Program-made: the position numbers and the translations under genes
Part shown: positions 47,296 to 56,674 of the stretch, in pieces
Position numbering within the stretch: position 1 is the stretch's first letter
Layout: the number at the start of each line of letters is the position of its first letter
Origin: Nitrosopumilaceae archaeon
GTDB taxonomy: Archaea > Thermoproteota > Nitrososphaeria > Nitrososphaerales > Nitrosopumilaceae
DNA: 64,000 nucleotides
NCBI GenBank assembly: GCA_965207375.1
Contig: OZ242274.1
Span: 1,600,001 to 1,664,000, forward strand
Reading direction: 5' to 3'
Notes under the pieces: model-generated
Told to the model about the DNA's origin: nothing
The model's input: the letters and a program-made list of their open reading frames with translations, nothing else
The model's database searches: none

Positions 47296-48411
47296 CTAAT
47301 CTCTCTTTGGTATCTCTGCCTTGGGATTGCCAAAATTATACGTGTTGCCAGTTCCCCGATAGTCGTGCGGCCGTACAGGACTTCCACCATCCAAGCCGCG
47401 CTTTGTAAGGGATAGGCCAGCAAGCAGTTCTACCACGAGTCTCTGTCCTAGGCCCGATGTTATGCCTCCATTGTAAGAGCTGTTGTCACTTACGTCATAG
47501 GCAGGCGATATCTCTACTAGGTCCATTGCAAACCTGTCGGGATCAAATGATTTGGATAACAGTCGAATCATCCTGATTCCTTCTCTTGATGTAAGGCCGT
47601 TTGGTTCGGGCTCTCCGGTTCCAGGTGCATATGCTGGGTCAAAGGAATCAATGTCCCAGCTGAGATAAACTGCGTCTGTGCCGTCGTTTGCCCTGTCTGC
47701 AATCTCCTTTGCAATGTAATCAATTCCTAATTCTTCTACATCTAGCATTGTAAACCATTGAAAGTCCTGGTCTGCCATCCATTTGTACAGGTCAGGACCA
47801 GGCCAATATCCCCTTGGTCCTACAAGGGAATAGTTCTTTCCCTTTAGGCAGCCCATCTCCATTATCCTCCGTATGTGTGCACCATGATCATATTTGTAGC
47901 CGGTCAGGCCTTGCGGTGCACAGTCTGCATGTGTATCAAAATGAATCATTCCAATGTTTTTGAATTTTTTGGCAAAAGCACGAACGTTTGCATATGTAAT
48001 GGAATGATCTCCCCCAAGCATGACTGGAATTCCATCCTGCTCAAGAACCTCCTTTACCTTTAAGGTCATTCTCTTGTGTGACTCTATTACGTCTCCTGGA
48101 GAAACCAAAACGTCCCCGTAATCCACAGTTCTAAAGGTGCCAAACGGATCAGCACCGGTCTCTATGTTGAATCTCTCATATGGTGGGGACGGAACAGTGG
48201 AGGCAGCCCTGATTGCACGTGGACCATACCTTGCACCCGGACGGATTGTAGTTCCAAAATCAAAAGGCTCTCCAATTATTGCAACGTCTGGTTTTACCTC
48301 TTTTAACTCCTTATGGGACTTGATCCAAGGTAGGTGAAGAAAGGTGTTGATTCCAACAAATGGAGCCACATCTGCCCCTCGATAGTCATCACCGTAAAAC
48401 TCCATTCCCAT
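47296..48411 (-). CDS. ureohydrolase (agmatinase/arginase family), substrate uncertain
   Basis: GEPFDFGTTIRPGARYGPRAIR, GGDHS, DTHAD, HG, SWDIDSFDPAYAPGTGEPEPNGL, DLVEISPAYD. Confidence 0.93.
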   Translation of the reverse strand: MGMEFYGDDYRGADVAPFVGINTFLHLPWIKSHKELKEVKPDVAIIGEPFDFGTTIRPGARYGPRAIRAASTVPSPPYERFNIETGADPFGTFRTVDYGDVLVSPGDVIESHKRMTLKVKEVLEQDGIPVMLGGDHSITYANVRAFAKKFKNIGMIHFDTHADCAPQGLTGYKYDHGAHIRRIMEMGCLKGKNYSLVGPRGYWPGPDLYKWMADQDFQWFTMLDVEELGIDYIAKEIADRANDGTDAVYLSWDIDSFDPAYAPGTGEPEPNGLTSREGIRMIRLLSKSFDPDRFAMDLVEISPAYDVSDNSSYNGGITSGLGQRLVVELLAGLSLTKRGLDGGSPVRPHDYRGTGNTYNFGNPKAEIPKRD

Positions 48412-48457
48412 AATGATTCAAAAAATACTGACAGATTTCAATAAATAAAGATTCTAG

Positions 48458-48474
48458 GTAAACTACGTTTAAGC
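48458..48474. promoter_or_regulatory. GTAAACTACGTTTAAGC motif upstream of the ureohydrolase promoter
   Basis: 15/17 identical to 40902-40918; lies just upstream of minus-strand TTTATTTA (48442-48449). Confidence 0.55.
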
Positions 48475-48529
48475 CTGCACACCACATAGAATGGATCTAA
48501 TTATAAACCAAATTAACCATGACTAATTT

Positions 48530-49741
48530 GTGTTTTCCAAGACCAAAAACGAGTGGAGCATAATCAACAAGGGACTCTACTGGGAGCGCTATAATGAATT
48601 CAAAAAGGCAATACGACAGTTTGACAAGGCGTTGCAGGTAGACCCGCAAAATATAGTTGCAAATACACATAAAGGAAATTCACTATACGAGTTAAACCAA
48701 TTTGTCGAGGCTCTGAAATGTTTTGAACTGATTTTGAGCACTGATCCAAAAAACATAACTGCCCTGCACAGCAAGGGACTGTGCTTAGAAAAGCTTGGCA
48801 GGTATAGGGAGGCAGTCTCGTCCTTTTGCAAAGTACTGGCAGTAGATCACAACTATTTAGATTCAAAGACATGCATGGCAGATTGCAAAAGCAGTATGGG
48901 CATGCACAGTGAGGCCATTGAGATTCTAAATGACGTACTAGAATATGATCCAAAAAATGTCTGGGCCATGTACAGCAAGGGCAGGATTCTTGGCAGGATG
49001 GGACAAAAACACAAGTCCATGACGTATTTCAGCAAGGCCGCATGGGAAGAGTCGATACAGTCAAAGAAATGCTATGAAACAGGCAAGCAATTGACTGACA
49101 GTGGCAAGCACGAGGAGGCAATAAAATGGTATTCCAAGGCCCTCAAGTACGATTCAAATAATTTGGATGCTCTAGTTGCCAAGGGTTGGACGCTGGATCT
49201 GGCGGGATTTTCGACAAAAGATGTCTTTCCATTCTTTGACAAGGCACTTGAGATTGACCCAGAGTTCACTCATGCATGGCTAAACAAGGGATTTGTCTTT
49301 GATCGTATTGGAATGTTTTCAAAAGCCACAGAATGCTTTGAAAACATCCTCAAGTACGATCCCAAAAATGTCAGGGCACTGTACAGCAAGGCAGTATCTT
49401 TGTTTTCATTAAAACAGTATAGTGCTGCTGTCTTTTTTTGCCAAGAAGCCATAAGAATCGAACCGTCTAACACCAAGGCATTATGTAGCATGGTGTGGAT
49501 CTTAGAACACAAGAAAAAATATGATGAGGCTCTCAAATATTGCGACCTAGCACTCAAATGCAATCCTCAATATGTCTATGCAATAAGTTACAAGGGAAAA
49601 ATTTTATTTTCAATGAAAAAATATGATGAGGCTCTCAAATATTATGAAAAGGCACTACAGTTAGATCCAAAAAACCAGACCGCAATATATTACAAAAACC
49701 AGACGCTTGAAAAACTTGAGAAAAGCAAAAAACAAATCTGA
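48530..49741 (+). CDS. tetratricopeptide-repeat protein
   Basis: About ten 34-aa units of the type A...KG..L...Y.EA...F.KAL..DP.N. Confidence 0.93.
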   Translation: MFSKTKNEWSIINKGLYWERYNEFKKAIRQFDKALQVDPQNIVANTHKGNSLYELNQFVEALKCFELILSTDPKNITALHSKGLCLEKLGRYREAVSSFCKVLAVDHNYLDSKTCMADCKSSMGMHSEAIEILNDVLEYDPKNVWAMYSKGRILGRMGQKHKSMTYFSKAAWEESIQSKKCYETGKQLTDSGKHEEAIKWYSKALKYDSNNLDALVAKGWTLDLAGFSTKDVFPFFDKALEIDPEFTHAWLNKGFVFDRIGMFSKATECFENILKYDPKNVRALYSKAVSLFSLKQYSAAVFFCQEAIRIEPSNTKALCSMVWILEHKKKYDEALKYCDLALKCNPQYVYAISYKGKILFSMKKYDEALKYYEKALQLDPKNQTAIYYKNQTLEKLEKSKKQI

Positions 49742-49825
49742 GAAAAACAGTCAGGTTATTCGTATTCTACGTTTCAAAACAAAACAGTACAAAATTCTTA
49801 TATCCTACAATTTGGTATCTAAACC

Positions 49826-50077
49826 ATGGTCACAGTAGCTACACCTGAGGATATAGAAAGGGAGGCAAGTAGAGTTATTAATTCACTGTACGGTCAAGTG
49901 TCTGACTTTAGGGTAAACACAACCTTTCAAATGCCAGAAAAGGGACCAAGGGAAGCTTGGGATGTTCAAGTAAACTTTATGCTAGACGGGCTCAAATATA
50001 CAGTAGATCTTGAGATACAAGAAAGCAACGGCCATGTAACCAATGCAAGATTGATTGACACCATGACGCCCCTCTAA
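49826..50077 (+). CDS. conserved small hypothetical protein (PepSY-like fold possible)
   Basis: 83-aa ORF with TATA-like TTATAT upstream. Confidence 0.75.
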   Translation: MVTVATPEDIEREASRVINSLYGQVSDFRVNTTFQMPEKGPREAWDVQVNFMLDGLKYTVDLEIQESNGHVTNARLIDTMTPL

Positions 50078-50095
50078 TCTTTATCAGGTATGCAA

Positions 50096-50614
50096 CTAGA
50101 CTGTCAGTATTTCTTTTGCCGCCTTAATCTTTTGAAGCAGTTCGTTTATGTGATTGTCTGCAAATCTTTCAAAAGATATGCGCTCAACCCTAGTCTTTAG
50201 CTTGCAGTGTCTCTGATATTCCTTTTGAAGCCAGTTAAAGTCAGATTCCTTTAACCTGATTACATTTCGTTGTGAATTGAACTTGGATTCAAAGAGGTTG
50301 GCAAGAAAATACCCTATAAAGTGCGCAAAGCATTTTATCTTGTATTTTTTCTCATACTCTTCTGTAAGCTGCATGTGGTTTTGTTGTAGCCAGTTTTTTA
50401 CGTCAGAACGAACAGTCAACGTATTGTATCTTCCCGTCAAGTCGACTGTAATCTTGTGGGTTTCCACCGAATATCTTCCAAGGTTTACCTCGTTCATCAA
50501 AATTATCAGGGTGCTTGGAAGAAACATTCCTGGATAAAATGTGTTGGTCATACTCTCTAGCAGGGACAACACGCTTGGTTTTAATCCAATTGTAGAGTAA
50601 CCCTCACCCGGCAT
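50096..50614 (-). CDS. conserved hypothetical protein (possible DNA-binding)
   Basis: 172-aa ORF MPGEGYSTIGLKP... Confidence 0.75.
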   Translation of the reverse strand: MPGEGYSTIGLKPSVLSLLESMTNTFYPGMFLPSTLIILMNEVNLGRYSVETHKITVDLTGRYNTLTVRSDVKNWLQQNHMQLTEEYEKKYKIKCFAHFIGYFLANLFESKFNSQRNVIRLKESDFNWLQKEYQRHCKLKTRVERISFERFADNHINELLQKIKAAKEILTV

Positions 50615-50658
50615 GGTTTAATTGTGTTACTCTATGTTATATGATTTGTGTCATACCC

Positions 50659-50718
50659 AGCTAAACGAAATGTGACTCAAATGCTTACCATATCACTATT
50701 GTTCTCTGCATTTTGAGG
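50659..50718 (+). mobile_element. truncated MITE family A copy
   Basis: CAGCTAAACGAAATGTGACTCAAATGCTTACC...TTCTCTGCATTTTG. Confidence 0.6.
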
Positions 50719-50980
50719 TACCTAGTTTTGTGTCGGGTAAACTTTTACACATCGCTATATAATCATGAACAATAAATTTTCAAAACAAACATTGTTTATA
50801 ATTTACAATCTTTTATCTAAGATTCAGCATTTTAGTTAAATGTTATTGATTCTGTAACAATCATTAAATAGCATTTTTTCTAACACAATATAGCTAGAAA
50901 ATCTATGATCGGTAAAGACACAGAGTTTGGAATTTTATGCATCATGTTACATCCTAGTATTTTTACATGTGGTGATATAA

Positions 50981-52231
50981 TTGGTTGAGCTGTGGATGGA
51001 AATTGCATCCCTTGCAGTACTAATAGGATTATCCGGTTTTTTTAGCGGTCTAGAGGTGGCCCTAGTAGGTACAAGAAGCTCCAAGGTATCACAACTTGTA
51101 AGTGAAGGCAAAAAAGGTGCAAAGGCCCTGCACAAACTAAAGACAAATCCTAGCTGGATGATGGCAAGTGTAAATCTTGGCAATAATTTAGTAAATGTTG
51201 GAGCATCTGCACTAGCAACAAGTGTTGCAATCCGAATGTTTGGAGACGACGGACTAGGAATTGCAGTGGGCGTTATGACCTTTTTAATTCTGGTTTTTGG
51301 TGAGATTACTCCAAAAACATACTGTAACGCAAATGCCACAAAGATTGCACTAAAGTTTTCATCTGTACTGTTGGCATTTAGCTATGCGCTGTACCCTGTT
51401 GTAAAACTATTTGAGTACATCACAAGAGGTGTAGTAAAAATGACAGGAAGCAGCTATGTACCTCCTCCTATTACCGAAGAAGAGATCAAGGGAGTAATTG
51501 ATCAGGGACTAGCAGAAAAGGCACTAGAAAAAGAGGAAAGAGAGATGGTGCGCGGGGCATTAGAGTTTGATGATACAGTAATTCGCAGCGTCATGACTCC
51601 AAGAACCAAAATGTTTACCTTGCATGCCAAGACATTTTTGTTTGAGGCGCTGCCACAGATTAATCAAAACGGCCACTCGCGAATTCCAATTTATGGCTCA
51701 AGCAAGGACGACATTGTGGGGTTTATTCATGTAAGAGATGTCCTAAAGGAGCTAGAAAAAGAAAACAACATGGTAACATTAGAACAGATTTCAAGGGAGC
51801 CAATATTTGCATCACAAGAAAAGCTTGTCAGCGGATTGCTCAAAGAGATGAAAGGGCGCAAAACTCACATGGCAATTGTAATAGATGAGCACGGTGGAGT
51901 CGAAGGACTAGTCACACTAGAGGATCTTTTAGAAGAGATTGTAGGTGAAATCGAGGATGAAAGTGACAAAACAAGGCCAAAGGGATACAGAAGAGTCGAC
52001 AAAGACACCATAATCACAAACGGCGATATTGAAATCGATGAGATAAACAAAATCTTTCAGACATCTGTTCCAGAAGGCGACGATTATGCCACACTAAACG
52101 GCCTGTTACATGAAAGACTACAGGACATACCGCAGCAGGGCGACAAAATTGAGGTCGATTCGCTACGAATCATAGTAGAAAAGGTGACTAAAAACAGACC
52201 AGAAGAGATAAGAATCGAGAAAACAGGCTAG
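50981..52231 (+). CDS. CNNM/CorB-type (hemolysin-family) membrane protein: DUF21 + CBS pair + CorC domain
   Basis: SGFFSGLEVAL, GNNLVN, FGEITPK, VMTPR, HSRIPIY, IDEHGGVEGLVTLEDLLEEIVGEIEDE. Confidence 0.93.
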   Translation: MVELWMEIASLAVLIGLSGFFSGLEVALVGTRSSKVSQLVSEGKKGAKALHKLKTNPSWMMASVNLGNNLVNVGASALATSVAIRMFGDDGLGIAVGVMTFLILVFGEITPKTYCNANATKIALKFSSVLLAFSYALYPVVKLFEYITRGVVKMTGSSYVPPPITEEEIKGVIDQGLAEKALEKEEREMVRGALEFDDTVIRSVMTPRTKMFTLHAKTFLFEALPQINQNGHSRIPIYGSSKDDIVGFIHVRDVLKELEKENNMVTLEQISREPIFASQEKLVSGLLKEMKGRKTHMAIVIDEHGGVEGLVTLEDLLEEIVGEIEDESDKTRPKGYRRVDKDTIITNGDIEIDEINKIFQTSVPEGDDYATLNGLLHERLQDIPQQGDKIEVDSLRIIVEKVTKNRPEEIRIEKTG

Positions 52232-53277
52232 CTTTGAGCAAAATGCTCTTGTAGTTTTTGCTTTTTTTCTGCCATGTGAAATATTGATTCAGTATGAGAA
52301 AATGCATCCTCATATGATTTTTCAAAAAGCATGGCCTGCATCAGCATGTGGTTTTCTGGAATTACAATTCCGGTCTGATCATCAGAATACATCATTTGTA
52401 TGGTATTGCCAATTGATCTAGTCATGTTGGCATGGATGTGAATCATGTTTGTGTCTTTAAATGCATAATCCATAGTATCTGCAAAATCTCTTACATCCTT
52501 TGTTCCTTTGGCAGTCCATAAAGTTGCCACGCCAAATTCGTTTTCAAAGGTATTGTGAATCTCTGATGGTTTTGGAGCCACGTCTTTGAATCGTACATCC
52601 ATGATGTGTAGATGCATCTGTCTGCTTGGAACCTTGATTGCCCTAACAAACAGAGGTGCATCTTTGCCAAAATATGTCTTGACATCATCGCCATGGTGGG
52701 GACTCTGAGTCATTTCTATGGTGTCAGGCATGTCTTTGTCTGTTTGTTCAATGTCTGCCCATCTGCGCACCAAGGTAACATCAAACCGAATCAAATCGTC
52801 TCCGAATCGCTCACGCAAAGGCTCTAAAATCCTGCCCATACCAGTAACATTGCAGCTTCCCTGCATAACGTGATGTTTGCCAAAGGCATCAGAATAATTG
52901 GCCCTAGAGTTAAACAATAAATCAGATACTGCAGTATTGCCCAAAATAGTCTCTCCACCCTGATAAATTGCCAAAAGATTTCTTGGCTCGTACATGTTCT
53001 TTTTATTATTGTATCCATGATTACTAGGGGATGCATCAATTACCAGATCAGCCTTGTCAAGGGCAGATTCTATAGTTCCTGCAACTTTATAGTTGTTAAA
53101 TTTTTCAATATTGTTTTGAGGAACATACACCAGCAGTCCTCTAGATGTAGCCTCTAAGACCTTATCATCAGGCGAGTATTTGCCTACGCCGACTAGCTCG
53201 ATTTGTGGATCGTCTTGTATAAAGGATGCAATCCTGCTTCCAATTGAACCATAACCGTTAACAAAGATCTTTTTCAT
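52228..53277 (-). CDS. gap: type II (archaeal) glyceraldehyde-3-phosphate dehydrogenase
   Basis: VNGYGSIGSRIA, YQGGE, SCNVTG (catalytic Cys), VRRWAD, SPHHGDDV, IVIPEN. Confidence 0.93.
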   Translation of the reverse strand: MKKIFVNGYGSIGSRIASFIQDDPQIELVGVGKYSPDDKVLEATSRGLLVYVPQNNIEKFNNYKVAGTIESALDKADLVIDASPSNHGYNNKKNMYEPRNLLAIYQGGETILGNTAVSDLLFNSRANYSDAFGKHHVMQGSCNVTGMGRILEPLRERFGDDLIRFDVTLVRRWADIEQTDKDMPDTIEMTQSPHHGDDVKTYFGKDAPLFVRAIKVPSRQMHLHIMDVRFKDVAPKPSEIHNTFENEFGVATLWTAKGTKDVRDFADTMDYAFKDTNMIHIHANMTRSIGNTIQMMYSDDQTGIVIPENHMLMQAMLFEKSYEDAFSHTESIFHMAEKKQKLQEHFAQS

Positions 53278-53569
53278 GTATATCGTGCAATTTATCGGGC
53301 TTTTTTAGTTATTGATGTGTATGTGTTTTTTGATTTACAGCCAACCCACAAAAACACAAAAACCCCCTACAAATCACATTCTATCAATTACCATCAAATT
53401 GATTATATAGTATTGCTGATGTGTCATAACCCAGTATCCTTGTAACAAGATGCGTACTTGATTTTGACTGGTATATTTCCAACCATACCAAGATATTGGT
53501 ATATCATGTTTATTGAAGATCGGCTTTTTTGGATAATACTAATCATATAGTACGGAACTAAATAATTTA

Positions 53570-54253
53570 ATGGAATTAAAAGAGGCACTTGAGAAATTTA
53601 AATCACACGGAATAAACACAGATGAGAACATAATACGCTACATACTTGATAACAAGGAGGAATTGTTTGTGCCTCTGGCAAAGATTGCAACATCTTTAGA
53701 ACAATGGCGTGACCTTGATGATTCAACATATATCCCAATATGTGCAATACATCTTTTGTCCACGATGGGACACTATCGGGCACATCTGGCAACAATTTCA
53801 GCAACGATAGAATATTTTGAATGTGCAGGTGACTGGCTGACAGAATATGCAGTATCTGTACTGGCACATATGGGAGTTGATGCTATATGGATGCTGTCTG
53901 CTATTGTACAAAACAACAACATGGACCAGTTTATACGAGATACTGCAGCACGTGCACTAGTTATGATTGCTATTGAGCACAAAGAGGTAAAATCAGACGT
54001 AATAACTACAATACAAAAGGCAATACAAAACGAAACTAATTCTATGATAAGAGCAGTGATTGTAAGTAGTCTGTTGGATCTAAAGGATCCTGACCTGTAC
54101 GAGTATCTAAAAAATTTGTTAAAAACAGGTTTTATTTCTAATACTTTTTTTGACATAAATGATCTTGACAGAATCTATGCAAACAAGGATCGCCACATAG
54201 GCCCACCTAGAAGGAATCCTCTAGACGTTTTTACATATAGATCAAGTAGATAA
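53570..54253 (+). CDS. DUF1186/HEAT-repeat-like helical protein
   Basis: AIHLLS...GDWLTE...FIRDTAARAL...LLDLK pattern. Confidence 0.65.
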   Translation: MELKEALEKFKSHGINTDENIIRYILDNKEELFVPLAKIATSLEQWRDLDDSTYIPICAIHLLSTMGHYRAHLATISATIEYFECAGDWLTEYAVSVLAHMGVDAIWMLSAIVQNNNMDQFIRDTAARALVMIAIEHKEVKSDVITTIQKAIQNETNSMIRAVIVSSLLDLKDPDLYEYLKNLLKTGFISNTFFDINDLDRIYANKDRHIGPPRRNPLDVFTYRSSR

Positions 54254-54315
54254 TTATTACATGACAAACGAATCGTAGATTTTAGAAAATAATGTTTTTA
54301 ATTCAAAATTCGATT

Positions 54316-54426
54316 ATGCATAAGGCTATTAAATCAAATGATATTGAGAATGTGGTTGTAGATATTGCACGTGTAGAATTTATACGAGAAAAAGAAGCTG
54401 CAATTACGGAGAGTTTGAGATGGTAG
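54316..54426 (+). CDS. possible 36-aa small protein upstream of the DUF3800-like gene
   Basis: MHKAIKSNDIENVVVDIARVEFIREKEAAITESLRW*. Confidence 0.4.
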   Translation: MHKAIKSNDIENVVVDIARVEFIREKEAAITESLRW

Positions 54427-54487
54427 TTATCGAGATTTTGTTTACATTTTCAAATCTAGAATCGTTTGATATTAGGTGAGGTCAATA

Positions 54488-55060
54488 ATGCTTGTTGGGG
54501 GAATGGATTTTTCAGGAAATAATGATTCCTATGACAAGTTTATCGCAATTGTGATTGGAACAGACAAGAGTATATCTACAATTTTTGATTCTATTGGATA
54601 TGAACACATCCACATGAGAAAGATACATCCCAAGGAAAAAGATGCAATAGTGTCAAGATTAAAGTTTGACGGCAAGAACAACATTGCGTTTTGTATCAGA
54701 GTTGACAGAAATATCATTACAAACCAAATTAGAAATCTGAGACGTATTAAGAAAAAAAATATCCCAAACGAAAAATTTTTTCGTGCATATAATTTAGCCG
54801 TGTCACGGCACATTGTAGAAAGACTTCAAAGGTTTACACTAGATCATGGTCAAAGATTAGAAGATGTGATCTTTCAATGTGATAGTGATTGTATAAGATT
54901 TGCAAAGGATGTTAATCTGAAATATTCTTACAAGGGTCAAGCATATGATTTATCCGATGTTGTTGCATGGTGTAATAATCGCGGATTGGAGCCAAATGGA
55001 GCAGTCGCATTAGATTTTAGTGATAGTATCAAGTCCATACTGTTACATGATTTTAAATGA
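54488..55060 (+). CDS. DUF3800-like (RNase H-like fold) protein
   Basis: N-terminal hhGhD-F-SGN (cf. DESG), IHM, QCDSD, C-terminal DLSDVVAW (cf. QLADxxA). Confidence 0.6.
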   Translation: MLVGGMDFSGNNDSYDKFIAIVIGTDKSISTIFDSIGYEHIHMRKIHPKEKDAIVSRLKFDGKNNIAFCIRVDRNIITNQIRNLRRIKKKNIPNEKFFRAYNLAVSRHIVERLQRFTLDHGQRLEDVIFQCDSDCIRFAKDVNLKYSYKGQAYDLSDVVAWCNNRGLEPNGAVALDFSDSIKSILLHDFK

Positions 55061-55128
55061 AAAACGCCTATACCCACATGAGCCTTAGTCACCAGCAAAT
55101 TGCTCGCACTAAGGATTCAAGTATAGAC
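55060..55128 (-). ncRNA. candidate structured small RNA convergent with the DUF3800-like gene
   Basis: Minus strand: GUCUAUAC/GUAUAGGC, UGA/UCA, CCUUAGU/ACUAAGG and AGCA/UGCU nested stems; TTTATAAT at 55155-55148; U5 tract after the stem. Confidence 0.6.
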
Positions 55129-55175
55129 AATTACAGTATAACAAAGTATTATAAAAATAGTAAGTATTAACTTAA

Positions 55176-55264
55176 GTACAAACTCAGGTCGTAAATTTTA
55201 ACCACAAAATTTTCATCTATGTTCAAAAACTAGGTATAGAATCAGAGATGGCTTGAGTATGTGC
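55176..55264 (+). mobile_element. MITE family C with 8-bp TSD TAACTTAA
   Basis: GTACAAACTCAGGTCG...TGAGTATGTGC; TAACTTAA at 55168-55175 and 55265-55272; second copy at 62977. Confidence 0.85.
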
Positions 55265-55450
55265 TAACTTAACACTGCTAGTTTTACTTGTTATGATAAT
55301 GGTGAGGACCCCGCTAGAAGGAGACCGATCATCAATGCACACTTTAGCAATAGGAGGCAATACAAAATATGAAAGACAAAAAATCAAAATAGAGCACAGA
55401 TGAGAAGGTACGTATCGTACTGCAGACCTTTAATTCAGAGACCGAGATTT

Positions 55451-55526
55451 GATTCGTAATTAGATCTAGGTATGAATTTTTGCTCCTGTGAGGCATGGTT
55501 TTCTAATTACAAATCATCTCTTTGGA
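55451..55526. repeat. short palindromic dispersed repeat (family D), copy 2
   Basis: Aligns with 7138-7212. Confidence 0.6.
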
Positions 55527-55866
55527 CTACCATGTGTCGTGTTTCATACACGTTTCGCAGCAGATTCCGCATCACAGACGAGTTAACGGCACATCTAGTT
55601 GCCTTTTTGGAGAATTAAGGTAGATGATCTAGATAGAACCTATGCAGAAAAAAAATTCCACAAGTACGCCATAGATTATCTTCTGAATATTTTACACATA
55701 GATCAAATAGATAGTCATGACAGATGAGCCGCATGTTTAAGAAATGAACTAGATCTTACGGTTCAGAAAAAAGATAACACGACAAGTGATGCAACAGTAC
55801 AAATCACAGTAACGGTACAATTCACATTTACAAAAGGCTAAATGTGTACAAAATTTAGCAAAACCG

Positions 55867-56562
55867 TTGATTCATGGACCTTCACTAGGATTAGGTGCAA
55901 TAATTACGGCAATAGCAATAATTTCATCGTTTTTGATCTTTGATGCAACCAATACCGAACAAGAATTGCAGATACAGCCTGCACCAGTAATAGATGAACC
56001 AGAAATTTCAAAAACAGTTTTCTTAGATAACGGCTCACCCATACTAGGTAACCCAGATGCCCCCATAACACTAGTTGAATTTGGCGATTATCAGTGTCAT
56101 TTTTGTAACGTATTTTTTCATGATACAAAACATGACATTGTACAAAATTACATAAACACAGGCAAGGTCAAGATGATTTTCAAGGACTTTACAATAATTG
56201 GACCAGATTCTATCAATGCTGCACATGCTGCCCATTGTGCAAATGATCAGGGAAAATTCTGGCAGTACCATGATGAGCTGTACAATAACTGGGCAGGAGA
56301 AAATAACGGATGGGCAAGCTCACAAAACCTGCTAAAGTTTGCTCAAAGTGTAAAACTTGACACAGGCAAGTTTACAAATTGCATGTTGGCAGCATCACAT
56401 TCAGGTATAATTGAAAACAGCAACTCTGATGCAAGAGCGCTAGAACTTACCGGTACACCAGGATTTTTTGTTATAGGTCCAAATAATGACATTACAAAGA
56501 TTGGCGGAGCACAGCCGTATGGCGTGTTTGAAAGAATCTTTGATTCTGAGCTGGAAAAATGA
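55867..56562 (+). CDS. membrane-anchored DsbA-family thiol-disulfide oxidoreductase
   Basis: LGNPDAPITLVEFGDYQCHFC, GTPGFF, GAQPY. Confidence 0.93.
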   Translation: MIHGPSLGLGAIITAIAIISSFLIFDATNTEQELQIQPAPVIDEPEISKTVFLDNGSPILGNPDAPITLVEFGDYQCHFCNVFFHDTKHDIVQNYINTGKVKMIFKDFTIIGPDSINAAHAAHCANDQGKFWQYHDELYNNWAGENNGWASSQNLLKFAQSVKLDTGKFTNCMLAASHSGIIENSNSDARALELTGTPGFFVIGPNNDITKIGGAQPYGVFERIFDSELEK

Positions 56563-56674
56563 AATATTTATACACAATACTGCGAAAATAGAACTAAAAA
56601 CTGCAAAATTTGATTAAAACACAAGATACTAGTAGCTCGATATCCTTTTATCTTAATTAACGGATGCTAGCTTG

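Noticed and set aside
47296-48411. Calling the ureohydrolase gdmH (guanidinase) or speB
   Set aside because: It lacks the GTGWPE tryptophan of GdmH and differs from typical agmatinase motifs; the substrate cannot be assigned from sequence
48412-48529. Guanidine riboswitch upstream of the hydrolase or symporter
   Set aside because: The regions are short and AT-rich, a TATA box lies ~30 nt from the start (leaderless), and no ykkC or ACGR hairpin pattern is visible
49513-49643. Exact ~29-nt direct repeat GAAAAAATATGATGAGGCTCTCAAATATT
   Set aside because: Spacing of 102 nt equals one TPR unit; ordinary intragenic repeat duplication
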